Translations under genes and position numbers: made by a program
Assembly (NCBI GenBank): GCA_030704615.1
Contig: CM060731.1
Span: 6,944,001-7,008,000 of the forward strand
Reading direction: 5' to 3'
DNA: 64,000 bases
Origin: Takakia lepidozioides
Taxonomy: Eukaryota > Plantae > Bryophyta
Shown here: piece by piece, positions 36,429-48,348 of the stretch
How the letters are laid out: each line of letters begins with the position of its first letter
How positions within the stretch are numbered: the first letter of the stretch is position 1
The notes under the pieces: generated by a model
Database searches by the model: none
What the model was told of the DNA's origin: nothing
The model's input: the letters and a program-made list of their open reading frames with translations, nothing else

Positions 36429-36563
36429 TTTGGGCTGATGAGCACGACCCCTGCAAGGATATCTCTCCATCTCGTGAAGAATCTTCGGGTGTGTGGTGAC
36501 TGCCACACTGCCACCAAGTTCGTTTCGAAGTTGTTGGCCAAATGCAATTGTAAGGAGTATTGC
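36429..36563 (+). pseudogene. Remnant of DYW deaminase domain C-terminus
   Basis: Translates FGLMSTTPARISLHLVKNLRVCGDCHTATKFVSKLLAKCNCKEYC. The REIIVRD..RFHHF segment is deleted and DYW has decayed to EYC. Confidence 0.9.
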
Positions 36564-37267
36564 ACTTGATAGTTGTAAGTAGAGTCCGTCATTCTCGTAG
36601 TACCAGAACTGTAGTAGTACTTAAAAACTTCTGCCCTTGTGTCGGTTTGCTGAATTTTTGCTCCACATTAGACTTTGAGGCATCCGTGGGGATGCTTGTC
36701 CAACTTGGAATTTTGTAATATGATTTATAGGGCTTGTACTCCCCACAAGCCCCTTTGGCCTTCCATTATATTATAATGAAGAATTTAAATCAATTAATAA
36801 TCTAAATTTTATGATTTTGTAATTTATTTATTAAAATTAAAAACATTATTAAAAAATGTTTCAAAAATGATGTGTCAAATCCGCAGTGGCGCACGTGTCC
36901 ATCTAGCGCCTCTCCATGTAGGCATTGCAGACATATAGTCATATGATCCCCTCACGAATGCGTGACATGTCGCTTGCGCAGTGGTGCACGTGTTCGACTG
37001 AAGCCTCTCCATGTAGGCAACGCTCAGTAAACAATGTAGTCATATAGTTAGTCATATGTAAGTCATAGAGTTGTGACTACATCACTCTCCTCTGCATGAC
37101 TCCAGGTGCCACGCACGCAGTCACGGCTATGACTTGCAAAACGCAGTTCTAAACACTAGTCGCTATCACGCCGTTTTTTTCACTTCAAAGTCATGTAGTC
37201 ATGAACGCATATAGGACTGAAAAAATAGTCATATTTGCAGTCATAAAAACGCTCATCTGTTGTAGTG

Positions 37268-39899
37268 AAAAGCCCTGGTTAGCACACGGCCTGTGAGTTC
37301 CCATATAAGCCAATCCACTCTACGTCCAGTCATTTTTCCTTTCCCCATCCTCAGTCTTCAAGTTTCCATGGTATGCCTCAATGCTAGCGTTTGTGTCTTG
37401 ACTGGCATGCGGAACATGGCGAGCGGCTGTACACCACATTGCTATTTTAGGGCGCCATTCCTTATCGATGTAGTCCAAAAATTCATGCCCATTCGAATAT
37501 TTCTTTCTCATGCCTCGGAGCATTTTTGCTACCCACGCAAGACCTTCTTTGGGATCGCATGGTCCACCTCTACAGTACATGAGGTCTCCCATATCCTTCA
37601 GCAAGTTTGCGGCAGTGATAGGATCTTTGGTTTTTGCGCATGATTGCTTCACCCAAGTCTGCTGGACATGCCAAAGGCACAGGAAAATGAGCACTCCTCG
37701 AAAAACAGCCCTGTAAAGTACACATGCCCACATGAGAGACTTCAAAGAGGACTTCGCCGGTGGACTTGGGCACTAACCCAGTAGACTCTCTGGTGGACTG
37801 GTCTGCCCGTGTGTTCCAGTGGACTTGCCGAACTTCAGCCAGCAGACCCGCCCTCTCTGACCTACCATGAGTCTTACACGACACCGCCAGCAGACCTGAC
37901 CACGCTGACTTCGCAGCGGACTTGCGTAAGTGAGTCTTGCGACGGACTTGGCTAGAGGGCATTTCGAGCGGCCTGGGTTGCCAGCAGACTTCCGAACAGT
38001 CCCCTCCGGCGAACTCGCCTGCCAGCGGACTTGCTGGACCGGACTGACATCGGAGCAGACTGGCGCAAGTGATTCTTGTAGCGGACTGCTTGCGAACAGA
38101 CTGCTCCGGCGGACTGGCCTGCGGACTTGCCCTTAGGAGGCCGGTAGCAGACTTACCCAGACTTCAGTGGCAGCAGACTTACCCATACTTTGCTGGTAGC
38201 AGACCCGACCAAACTGACCTTGCAGCAGACTTGCGCAAGTGAGTCTTCCAGTGGACTTCGCCAGAGGACATTATCAGCGGACTGATTTGCTAGCAGACTT
38301 GCAGAAAAGAATGGGCCGGACTTGCACAAAGGACTGCGTTATATGGCAGGGGACTTGCCAAAGAGACTGACAATGGACGCACGCAACGGACTTGCACGCG
38401 ATTGCACAGGAGGGTATATGAAACTTACGTAATAGCGTTTATTTCGGCGTCGGCATCGTCCACAATGAAGGCATTGGGTCACCAGTCCGGCATTTCTGCG
38501 AGGAGTGAGTCCCGCAAGGCTGCCATCCACAACACCAGGTTTGTTGTCCGCTCACACGCAGATATGATGTATGCAACTGGTATACCATTAAGCCACTCGT
38601 CGAAGACCATCAACGTGTACAATGGGAACTGTTCAGATGCACAATGTCAGATGCTGCCAGTGTGCGCACATCCACTAGTTGTGCAAGCGGATAAATTGTG
38701 AAAGGGATGAAGAGTACCTTGTGGTGATTTGTCCCGAAGGTTGTATCGCATGCAACGATACGGGCATGGCCTAATTGAAGCATTTGCTTCTTCTGTCACT
38801 CAGTCTGTATGTCGATTGTGAATGTTAAGTCGCCATCGTAGTGTTTGAATGCTGGCGCCAATTTCTCTTCTTGATAGAAGAAGACCGCTTTCGGGTTCTG
38901 GTCTTTCCACATGCGGACACTCTCCGCATCGTTGGCATGTTTTTTGAACGTTTGCCACGCCCGTTTCTCGGCCAAGTTGCGCACATCCTGCTCCAACAAA
39001 AAATCGTCCCGTGTCCATGCATCCCCCAACCCGGTGTTGTTCATGACGTGCTCTTTATGTTCCATCATGATTTGGGCGACTGACAGGCCTTGGCACAGAC
39101 ACTCTATGACCCATGCTTTCAATTCCTTGCTAATGTGTGGTGCATAGGCGTGGCGAGTGTTCCTGAACTCAGCGGACTTCCCATGACAGGCATTCCCTTT
39201 CGCGTCTGTATGCTCCATGTTGTTGTAGTACGTGAGGACACAAATGTCGGAGGCGAGATAACATTGCTGGACCTTGAAACAACATTGGCAACCACGCTTG
39301 TAAGACCTCCATATTTCGACTTCTTTCTCCTTGGGCCTTTATGAAGGTGAGATGTTCCAGAACCCACAAGAGGTCTTCCACGTTTCAGGATGGGATCCTC
39401 CACTATCGCATTGTTGGTGCGCTTGTCATCTGGACCGTAGCAACATTGATACCTGGACATAAAAATCACAATCGATATCCATTGACTTCTGGAAGCATGA
39501 AATCACAGTACGTGGGTACGAAAAATGGCAATAGACATGCAATCAGACTACAAAAGACGATGAGGATGGTGCACACATGATATTGTTCAGAAAACTGTTG
39601 GCTATCGGCTCTTTTAGCATGCCGGGTTGCACTTTAGTATGGACATTCACCCAAAACTGAGTGGGGTAGTCCACCAAACTCTCCTCTCCAAGGAGAAAGT
39701 CATCAACTCTATCCCACGGTATGCAGGTCTTCTGAACATTCACTTGCGCATCCATATAACCATATTGTGTGTCTATCTTCCAATGGAGGTCCTTCATGTT
39801 GAAGGGTCCTGGTTTGGGTGTTTGCAAACTTTGTCGAAGAGGCCGTATAATCCAGCTTCCCATTTTCAGTATATCGTCGCCTTCTGCTTCCACGTCCAT
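37268..39899 (-). pseudogene. Mutator-like (MULE) transposase of the plant SWIM zinc-finger type, truncated by the CACTA right end
   Basis: IPWDRVDDF, YQCCYGPDD, G.ACHG, APHISKEL, TRDDFL..QDVRN, HANDAESV..W, ACDTTFGTN, FIVDDADAEINAI, LCLWHV...W, TNASIEAYH, DWLIWEL. In-frame stop at 38796 and frameshifts. Coding ends at the CACTA terminus. Confidence 0.85.
37740..38400. repeat. Intronic array of short (C/G)(A/G)GACT(T/G) motifs; related GGACTGGC repeats at 40110-40245
   Basis: Dozens of ggactt/agactt/ggactg motifs between donor ~38428 and acceptor ~37712 of the MULE gene. Confidence 0.75.
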
Positions 39900-41360
39900 G
39901 CCATGTACAGTACAGAGGACACGCTTCAGAACCTGCAAGAAACATGCCGCAGTACACTGGACACGATGGACAACGTGCAAGGAGCATCAGTGCGCACGTT
40001 CGCGGCTGCTAGCAAGTGGCAGGCGGCAGGGATAAGGTTTGAATTCATGCCCTAAAAATGGAGGGCTCAGATGGCATTTACGAATGGACGGTCCAGATGC
40101 GGCATCATCAGTGGACTGGAGGAAAGCGGACTCATGGGCAGCAGACTGGCGGGCCGACTGGCAGGGTGGACGTGAGGGGACTGGCACAGCGGCCTGGCGT
40201 GCACAGCGGACTGGCCGGCAGACTGGCGGTCTGGCGGACTGGGGCGCGGCTGGGCGACCGCGCACAACGGCGGGGGGGGGGGGTGTGGGGGAGCCGGGCG
40301 TCCGTGCGCGGGGCTGCGCCATAACGTCCCAATTATTGTAAAATGAGAGGTTTTTTTTCTCTCTCATGGCGTCTCACATTGGTGGCGCCCTACTACATGT
40401 TGCAGCTTTCAAGGAACGCACTTCCATCTGCATAACGCAGGTTCTCTTGCGTTAGAAATCTACGTCGAGCGGATGCCCCGCCGGGCGTTTAGGAACGGCC
40501 TGACACCGCTGCGCGCCAAGGTCCTACGTTATGGGAACTGCGTTGAGGCTCTGCATCCGTCATATGTGGCCTGGCTATGAATAGGTTGCAATTGGAAGAT
40601 TGGAGAATGCCTACACATTCTTGGATGACCTAGATAGACAACGGGTATCCTTTGTGCATTTGTCAAGTAGAGTTACTATCATCCTGTTTACATATTCCGT
40701 CCATATTCCAGCTTGAGCTAATTCGAAACTTAATGGAGAGTATCCAGTATCCACGCTAAATAAAGAATCAAAACCCTTTCCCTAGTCTTGCTTTAGGAAG
40801 GCAAGGCCGATAAATATTTGTACTTATGAATGGATTGAGAAATGAGAAAATAAACATGTAAAACAACTGCTATCTATGGTCGGCTCAGCACGAGCGTGCG
40901 AATGAAAACTGAAAAGTTCATCCAATATCTTCCTCCAATATCTGTTGAATGGCTCCGTGAAAACTTCTCCAGCCTCAAGACTCCTGAACCCTTTGCCTAG
41001 TCCTGCCTTATAAAAGCTGCCCTGTAAGAGAATGTCTTATTGGCCGTCCGGTGAGGACGGCCAAATTGAGTAAAGTAATAAAGATGACCTTTTAGAAAAC
41101 CGATGTCCGCGCGTGATTGGTAGGTAAACACATTTTCACAGTGTTAGTTGGAAGTAGGTGGGAGGGTGGAGTGGATAAGGGAGTTGGAATTTTTGTGGCA
41201 ATGGATTTTGCTTGCTGATTTTGATTTTGTCGAATTTGAAGAGGATTAAGAAACACAATCATTTACCCCACTCCCATCTTTCTAGTGGCTCACTATGCCA
41301 TGGCCTACACTTTTGTGCAGGCCCATGGTGGTATAGAAGGTGGCTAGCGCAATCCATTAA

Positions 41361-42001
41361 CCCTTAAACGCCCAGTGCCATAGTTTGACTTTTTCAGAAA
41401 ACATGACCCCTTAAGTGAAAAAAAGGTGTAACTTTCAGAAAATTAACTTTTTAAAGAACTTGACCGCACATTAGGTGCATACCTTCCTCCTGCATCCACC
41501 TGCCGAATTTGAGGCCAATCAGCCCCAGATCCACAAAATGCCACCGTTGAATGTGGGCCCATTATTGGGGCCCTTTTGAGAAACATATCCATTTTTGGTA
41601 ATTTTTTAAGGATTTGAGTGACGGGATCAAATGGGATTGAGGCGAAATTAGCAGGGTTTCATCCTCTTGAGATCCCTCATCCAACAAGCCAAAAAGTATC
41701 CAATTTGGCAAATGCATGTGATGTTGCCACTTGGTCAAACCTGGGAAAATCCCATGTTTCTCTCCCTCTCTCACACACGTGTGAAGAATGAAACAACGAG
41801 AATTACCTTTATCAAATCGTGACCCCCCCTCTTGCGTCTTTGCAACTTGGCAGATCCGAGGCAATCGGGCAATGAATCTTGGTGTGCCAGGTGCCCAAGA
41901 ACACTATTATTTTTTTTCACACAATTCCATGGAGAATGCAAAAAGTTATTCAGATTTTTTTAAAGCCAAAAGCTGGAAACGGGCTACTGGGCGTTTAAGG
42001 G
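41361..42001. mobile_element. Non-autonomous piggyBac-like element (641 bp)
   Basis: TTAA (41357-41360) + perfect 16-bp TIR CCCTTAAACGCCCAGT ... ACTGGGCGTTTAAGGG + TTAA (42002-42005). Confidence 0.85.
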
Positions 42002-42725
42002 TTAAGCCACAGAATAGGCCGAGCACCTAAAGTAAAATATGATGCCTCCCAAAGAAGTGTAAATTATGGTGTCTCTTGCCTCTCGACCCCGGAGGGCTAC
42101 TGCCTTCCGGTGGGAAGGCAGGTGGTTATTTTTTCAACTTTTCTTAATGCATTTTCGGATGGTTATTTTTTCAACTTTTCTTAATGCATTTTCGGACTTT
42201 GCCCGCCCCACTTCTCAAAGAGAGATGACAGCCAGCATAGTAAAGGCAAGGACTACGCTTACCAAAAATTAAATGGTTAATTTTGTTGAAAAGAAATGAA
42301 CCCAACTTATACACATGAGGTGAAACAGTTTTAACAGTTTCCGATGTGCCAAATACACACCCATCTATCATTGATGGGAATTTTTGTTGTGGATATGAAT
42401 TACACACACAAGTGCAGATCGGTTTCTTGTTGCTGCCAGTGTCATACGATTCATGAAGGAATCCTATGTTATGTTTACTTCATTTCGAAGGGAAGCATCA
42501 CAGCCATTAAAAGTACACAATAAAAATTTCTAACGGTTGTATCCATCAGTGTATATTGAAAAGACCAGTCCTAGACATGGTAATAATTCCACGCCAAATT
42601 GTGCATGAGTTATGTTTTAATTATATGGCTATCAATAAGAGTGAGCTCACGTACCAAGCTCTCACTCAAAACAAGGCTTAGGAGGATGTTCACAGCTTGG
42701 TCCTTCCCATGCCATGTCCAACAGT

Positions 42726-44957
42726 TCATAACTTCAACTTGATTTGTTCTGCCCACTTTGGCAGATCTGAGTAGATCCGGTCTCCACCAATCTCTTCACC
42801 TGTCCATCCTGCTGCAATTTTCAAGATGTCCTCTATCAATGCAAAATTTCCCATAATGTCGACGTGACTCCCACTCTCTGTACCCCGGCCCTCAAACAGT
42901 ACGTTTGAAGGGGGAGCGTGATTATACTCCCTGACATAACTTGCACTGTTGGAAGGATTGAACCGGGTCTTTCCACGCCAAGCTTTAGCACACATAAATC
43001 CTGCGCTCAATGCTGGGACAGTTTCATCTCCGTCCACAAACTGGACTCCCCCACTCAGACACCCCTCTGAATCGCCCTCAGCTGATGTATCAATTCGGAA
43101 GGGGATGAAGCCACCGTCTCTCCAGGGAGATACTTTGTAGATGTAAGATCTCTCCGTTGGGAGTCCTACGCCATACATGCAGTGAACTTCCATTTCTGGT
43201 GCATTTGGTAATCTGCCTTGTCACATCAGTGAACAACCCCCACATTCCTGAATGAGTCAAGCCGAAGTTTCTAAGACAAAAAGAAAGGGTGAAGGTTACT
43301 CATCAGACCGTGCTTGTTATAGCCGTGCGACAAACCCAGATTCAGCTAACCTGACCGTTCTTTTCACTCTCTTTTGCTCTTTGGCAAGCAAATCCAATGA
43401 AATGGGGTACACAGAGGTTTCACGTGCTTTGATTGCTCACAAAAGATTACTGCAGAGTGACCACAAGATGTCCAAGCATTGCTGCAGGGACCCAAGTTCA
43501 CACAAACTTGAGTGTTGGCAACATGAAAGACGGGCTTGGCTACAGTTAAGCTGGAAGGACAATGACATAGAGGTGTCCAAACCCCAGCAAGAAATTGAGA
43601 AAGAGAGAATGTACTCATAAAACTTGCTTTGCTGTTGTAGCCAGTTTGGACGGAAACAGAGGGAATAGACACTACCTTCGTGAGGGACTCACTCCAGTAG
43701 TGGGACTTGATATAAACAATTAGTTCGGGCTTTCCAGATCCTCTCCATACAAGCATCACCCCTGCTGGGTGTGAGCAGCCCAAAAGTTAGACCCCAACAA
43801 GGCCAAGGCTTTAGGCTCAGCCTCAAGATTTTTGAAAGTTGGTGAACAGAGGTCCAGGAACCGTGTTCTTGATGATGAAGAGGGTCACTCTCTGGTGAGA
43901 ATACCCTGGATAATGTATTATACAATGGATATTGTCTCCAAGTTGCCCGCACATCGGGGCAATTACTGAGAAAGAGAGACGGAAAAGAAGAAAGAAGTTA
44001 TTACGATGTCCACAGAGGCCCAGCGAGGCCTCTGTGATACAGTACGACAACAAAAGAGGAAAAGAAAAGGGTATCAAAAGAGAAGAGTGATGGAGAGGGG
44101 AAAGGGGAACTGAATCAACTTGAACTCACGTGGTCTCAAATGGGTTGGACCAGTGTCGATGATGCTGGTACTTGGGATCGCTTAAATCATCAGCAATACC
44201 AAAACCCCAGTTTTCCTCGGCTCGCGCCATGAGTTTGGGGGCAACTTGGCGTAAGAGATTGATCAAATCATCGGCGCCATATACCCCCTGATTGGCCACC
44301 TGTTGCACATCGCTCCAGCCCATGTCTTGGTACTCCGTCCAAACATCCCCGCATGATGAGTTGGGGCACAGTGGCAAGTTGTCCACAGGCACCTGCAAAA
44401 AACAGCAATATTCCAGAGTTGCTAGAGACTCAATCATTCATATTCTTGGTTGTGAATACCAGATGGTTGGCTCCTGCTTGCATTCCAGGGGACCTCACCA
44501 TTGTTATGATATACTAGACTGGGACGACGACTTAAGGAACAAACTGGACACAATGGAGGATGGATCTTTTTAAATAGCCAAGACAAACTGAATAAGGGAG
44601 ATGTCTTGGATCTCAGAAGCCAAACTGGACACCAATACTAATAGAATGTACTCATAAGATGTTGTTTGCCGTAGCCTTGTTGCCATCGACCGCGTGCCCA
44701 CTTTGAGCGGAACACAAACTACCTTCGTCAGGGGCTGACGCTGGTAGTATGACTTACCTTGGAACAGACAATTGATCCGAGTTTTCCAGATATCCTCTAG
44801 AAATCCCTTTACACGAGCATCAATCTGCTGTGTGTGATTTGCCCAATAACTAGGCCCCAAAAGGGCTTGGGCTTCTGGCTCAGCCTCCAGATTTTCGAAG
44901 TTGGTAAACAGAGGTACAGGCACAAATCCCTTGATGGATTTGAAGAGGGCACCACCA

Positions 44958-44999
<42 letters not shown>

Positions 45000-47900
45000 G
45001 TCCTTTGCCTGTTCGCTGTAAATGCTGGCGATGAAACACCCTTAAGGGCATGGCTCCCGTAGAAAACTTGGCCTCATGGAGCAGATTTTGGGGTTCCAGT
45101 GCAACAGGGTACCAAAGAGAGAGAAGTGAATGTACTCATAAGACGTTGTTTGCCGTAGAGAGAGAGAAGAGAGAGAGAGAGAGAGCCCTCGAAAGGCGTA
45201 GCCAAAATCTGGGCATAAGAGGTACCTGTGTTGCTTCTCTTTTCTCAACAATGGCTGAATAAGGGATCTGTGCAGCCTCCTTCCCGAATGTAAACATCCT
45301 TCCGTAGTGTGCAATGGGTTTCCCATGCGGTCCTATCTCTTTCCCTGTTGAGTTGTTCTCTTTAGCTTGTCTAGCAGCAACAATATCCTCAGATGCGGCC
45401 TTTTTCTGGGAGCAATCGTAACCTTCTTCCGGTGACCACTCAGCATCTCCCCAGATAGTGTTACCCCCTCTGGGTACCATAGACATACAAGCATCCCATG
45501 TGCGCGTCAGGCGCATAATGCGTTGTATTGTTTGAAGGCCAAACAGGTCCAAATCCAGGACTCCGGGTGCAATTGCCCTGCAACATCAATTTAGCTTTAA
45601 TGTGATGGTGATTAAAAGAAATGGTAGGTGAAGGCACTTTCTCTTGTCTCTCTCCCTCTGCAGCATTGACAACCCCAAGTGACCACTTGCTCACAGTCAA
45701 CTACAATGTATCGAAGCATAATGACATACCACAAAGAGGTGAAACTACTATGAGGGTTGGGGCACCTCCATAGATCACCTTCCATGAGAGCCCACATCCA
45801 GTCACTTTGCCATGAAAGAGAGAGAGAGAGTCCCCAAGGGGCAAAATGAACATGGAACACCACTTCATAAAACCCTTGGTGGCTTGATAGGTAACCCCAT
45901 AGGTCGTGGCTAGCTCTAAAACCACCAGCACACGACTATCAGACCGCTCATTCCATCAGAGTTTCACCATCTAATTACAATTTGGCTAGCTATTTGTAGC
46001 TGAAGACTCCCATCTCACAGAGCTCAACCAAAATAGTGAAGTTCGCTTCCTCTATTTCCCTCACCTAGCAACAGCAATGTCCTTGGCTTCTGCAGAAAAG
46101 AGCCCTGCAAATGCTTTGGGAACACCAAGAAAGGGGCCCGCGATATTAACTGTCGCACGTAGGTGCCGTGCACACCAGTCAGATCCACCACCACCTCCCA
46201 TTGGTGGAGGAGCTTCCACCCACTTCATAAAGTGCAGAAAGTAAAGAGAGCCCATAGAGTGAGGGATGGCCACTACTCTGTTGCCATTGTTGGTTTGCAC
46301 CAGCAACTCTATGGTGCTCTTCAATCTGCTGAAGGACTTGTCACGTACCTGTAAGCAGTTCACATGGACGTGAGGCTCATTTTTCCCTCAAAATGCCCAC
46401 TCTCACAGCTGCAATCTTCTTGGGTGCTGAAAGCTGGAAATGGGGAGAAGGGCTTATTTTCAAATCCTGTGACTACTATCTGCTCTACAGTTGTATTCTC
46501 CTCCCTCTAAATTGCATGCAGTCTGTGCCTTTACTCCAACACAACTTTACACAATGTAAATGCAGATTGTCTTAGATTGTGCCACATGCTGCCACAGGTT
46601 ACAGGAGAGATTTCATGCAATATAGGGTAATTTACCATAAGGACCCTGTTTCTGTGCTATTGGGGAATAAGACAAGCTTTAATTCAGCACTCTTGCAAAT
46701 GCCCTAAGAACCCAGACTCTGTGTTACTCCACCCTGATGGCCATTGGACAGATCTGCTGAGAATGGCCATTGGAGCTGTTGACAATTTGATCCTTGACAT
46801 CAGAGTACCATGAAACCAAGGTTGACAATGGTGGAATTGCACACCTCCGTGTTTTGAAATGTAAGACGCCAATCATATGACGCCATGTGCATGTTCTTTT
46901 CTTCGTAGCCAAGTTCCGCTAGATTTTTGATCAGGACTGCCCACACAAAGTAGCCAGGAGCAAAATAGTCCGCTGCCACCAGGCCGGACACAGCCCTAAC
47001 CCTAATGCCCTCTGGATCCAGCCCTGTCACATTGTCCAATGCCATGTGCTCCATCCAGCATAGTGGTCTACCCAAAAGTAAACCCAAAGGGAGATTTAGA
47101 ACTGCACTGAAAGCAAATTCTTTTCCAAGCAAACCTGAGATTGTACATAAAATGTGGAAAACAGGAGAAAAAGACGTGTTCATTGGCTGTTTTCTGTGGA
47201 GGCTGCCTAATAGTTTACACGTGAGCACATAGTCCATTCAGGACATAAGTGCTCCTGGAGAGGGTCATGCAGGTTTTTACCATTAGGTGTTGAACTCAGC
47301 AAGAAACTTGCCACGGCCTACTCATAACGATCAACAATCCACTTTGCTGATTTATTGTTTAACAAGCGTGCATAGACACCAAAATATGACCGGGATGCTG
47401 AATCCAACTTTTGCTATGGTGATACTGCTGTTGTGACTGCACTTCCAGTCACTTTGTAGTAGAGAAACTACCAAGTGAAAGATGAGAGATACACATTAAG
47501 GCATAGCACACAATGGACCCAGCCAGGTATGAAATAAAAGTAATTAGAATTAAACAGCTTTGAGACAACTAGGAGTTTCCATCGTGCTAATACAGATGCT
47601 AGCAAAACACACCACAAAATACTGCGATGAAAATGTGCATAGAAGGAAGGACTACACACTTCAAACTTCACCAGCTGTTTTGAATGATAGAGAATTCGAA
47701 CTGGCCATTGAGGTTTTATCACCATTGGGCATAGCTGTGGGGCTGGAACAGGTCAGTTGTGAAAGCATGACCACTGGAAGTGAATTGAGGATTGCTCAGT
47801 CAAACTTGTACCAAGTCTCTGCAATCAATCTGGGATCTAATTGGCTGTAGAACAGGTTGGAATCTTTGTTCTACCCACCTCTTATACACCTCACCGAATG

Positions 47901-48348
47901 TACCACCCCATAGCCGTTTCCTGAACAGCCCTTCTGCGCAAGGGTGTCCCTCCCATAGCTCCAGACCTCCTGTGACGATTCCAGGAATAAACACCACTGG
48001 ATGACGAGCGCGCAGTCCCTCCTTGAACAATTTTAGCCCCGGGGGATCGGGCAGGGGTCCTGTAATTTTCTCAGTCACATACTGGGGAACGGATGGCAAT
48101 GCATTGTAAAGAACCAACAGAGCCCACCAAACCACGCAGGAGTAGCCTATGAACCAGCAACAACTGTCAATGCACCCCCATCTAGAGTCCCTCACTTTCT
48201 TTCCACCCTTTTTCTGCTGAGGGCGCGATGACTTGGACTCAGCGGTGTCTGAATCTTTCGCTATTTCAGGGGGTGTTTTCTGCTCTGATTCGGAAGCTGC
48301 GGGTGCGGGTGCGGTCTCCCCTTGCTTGCTGCCACGCTTCCGCAACAT
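42726..48348 (-). CDS. PDAT: Phospholipid:diacylglycerol acyltransferase (LCAT family), 6 exons, ~692 aa
   Basis: Exons 48348-47879, 47067-46845, 46348-46065, 45577-45226, 44392-44130, 43212-42726 total 2079 nt in frame with GT-AG junctions. CIDSCCW + TM segment, HPVVFIPGIVTGGLELWEG, catalytic PHSMG, DGDETVP, HVDIMGN. Confidence 0.97.
44965..45185. repeat. Two (AG)n microsatellites in PDAT intron 4
   Basis: AG runs at 44965-44997 and 45158-45185. Confidence 0.9.

Larger units (their letters stand above)
9694..37267. mobile_element. Large CACTA (En/Spm) element; right terminus at 37267, left terminus not found (probably left of window)
   Basis: Ends ...gctcatctgttGTAGTG followed by AAA. Subterminal TAGTCATA repeats at 36930-37245. 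Encloses TnpA-like and TnpD-like genes. Assigning this terminus to those genes is inference. Confidence 0.7.

Noticed and set aside
41040-41064. 10-bp GC-rich hairpin as a Helitron 3' end
   Set aside because: No appropriately spaced CTRR terminus or other Helitron evidence.
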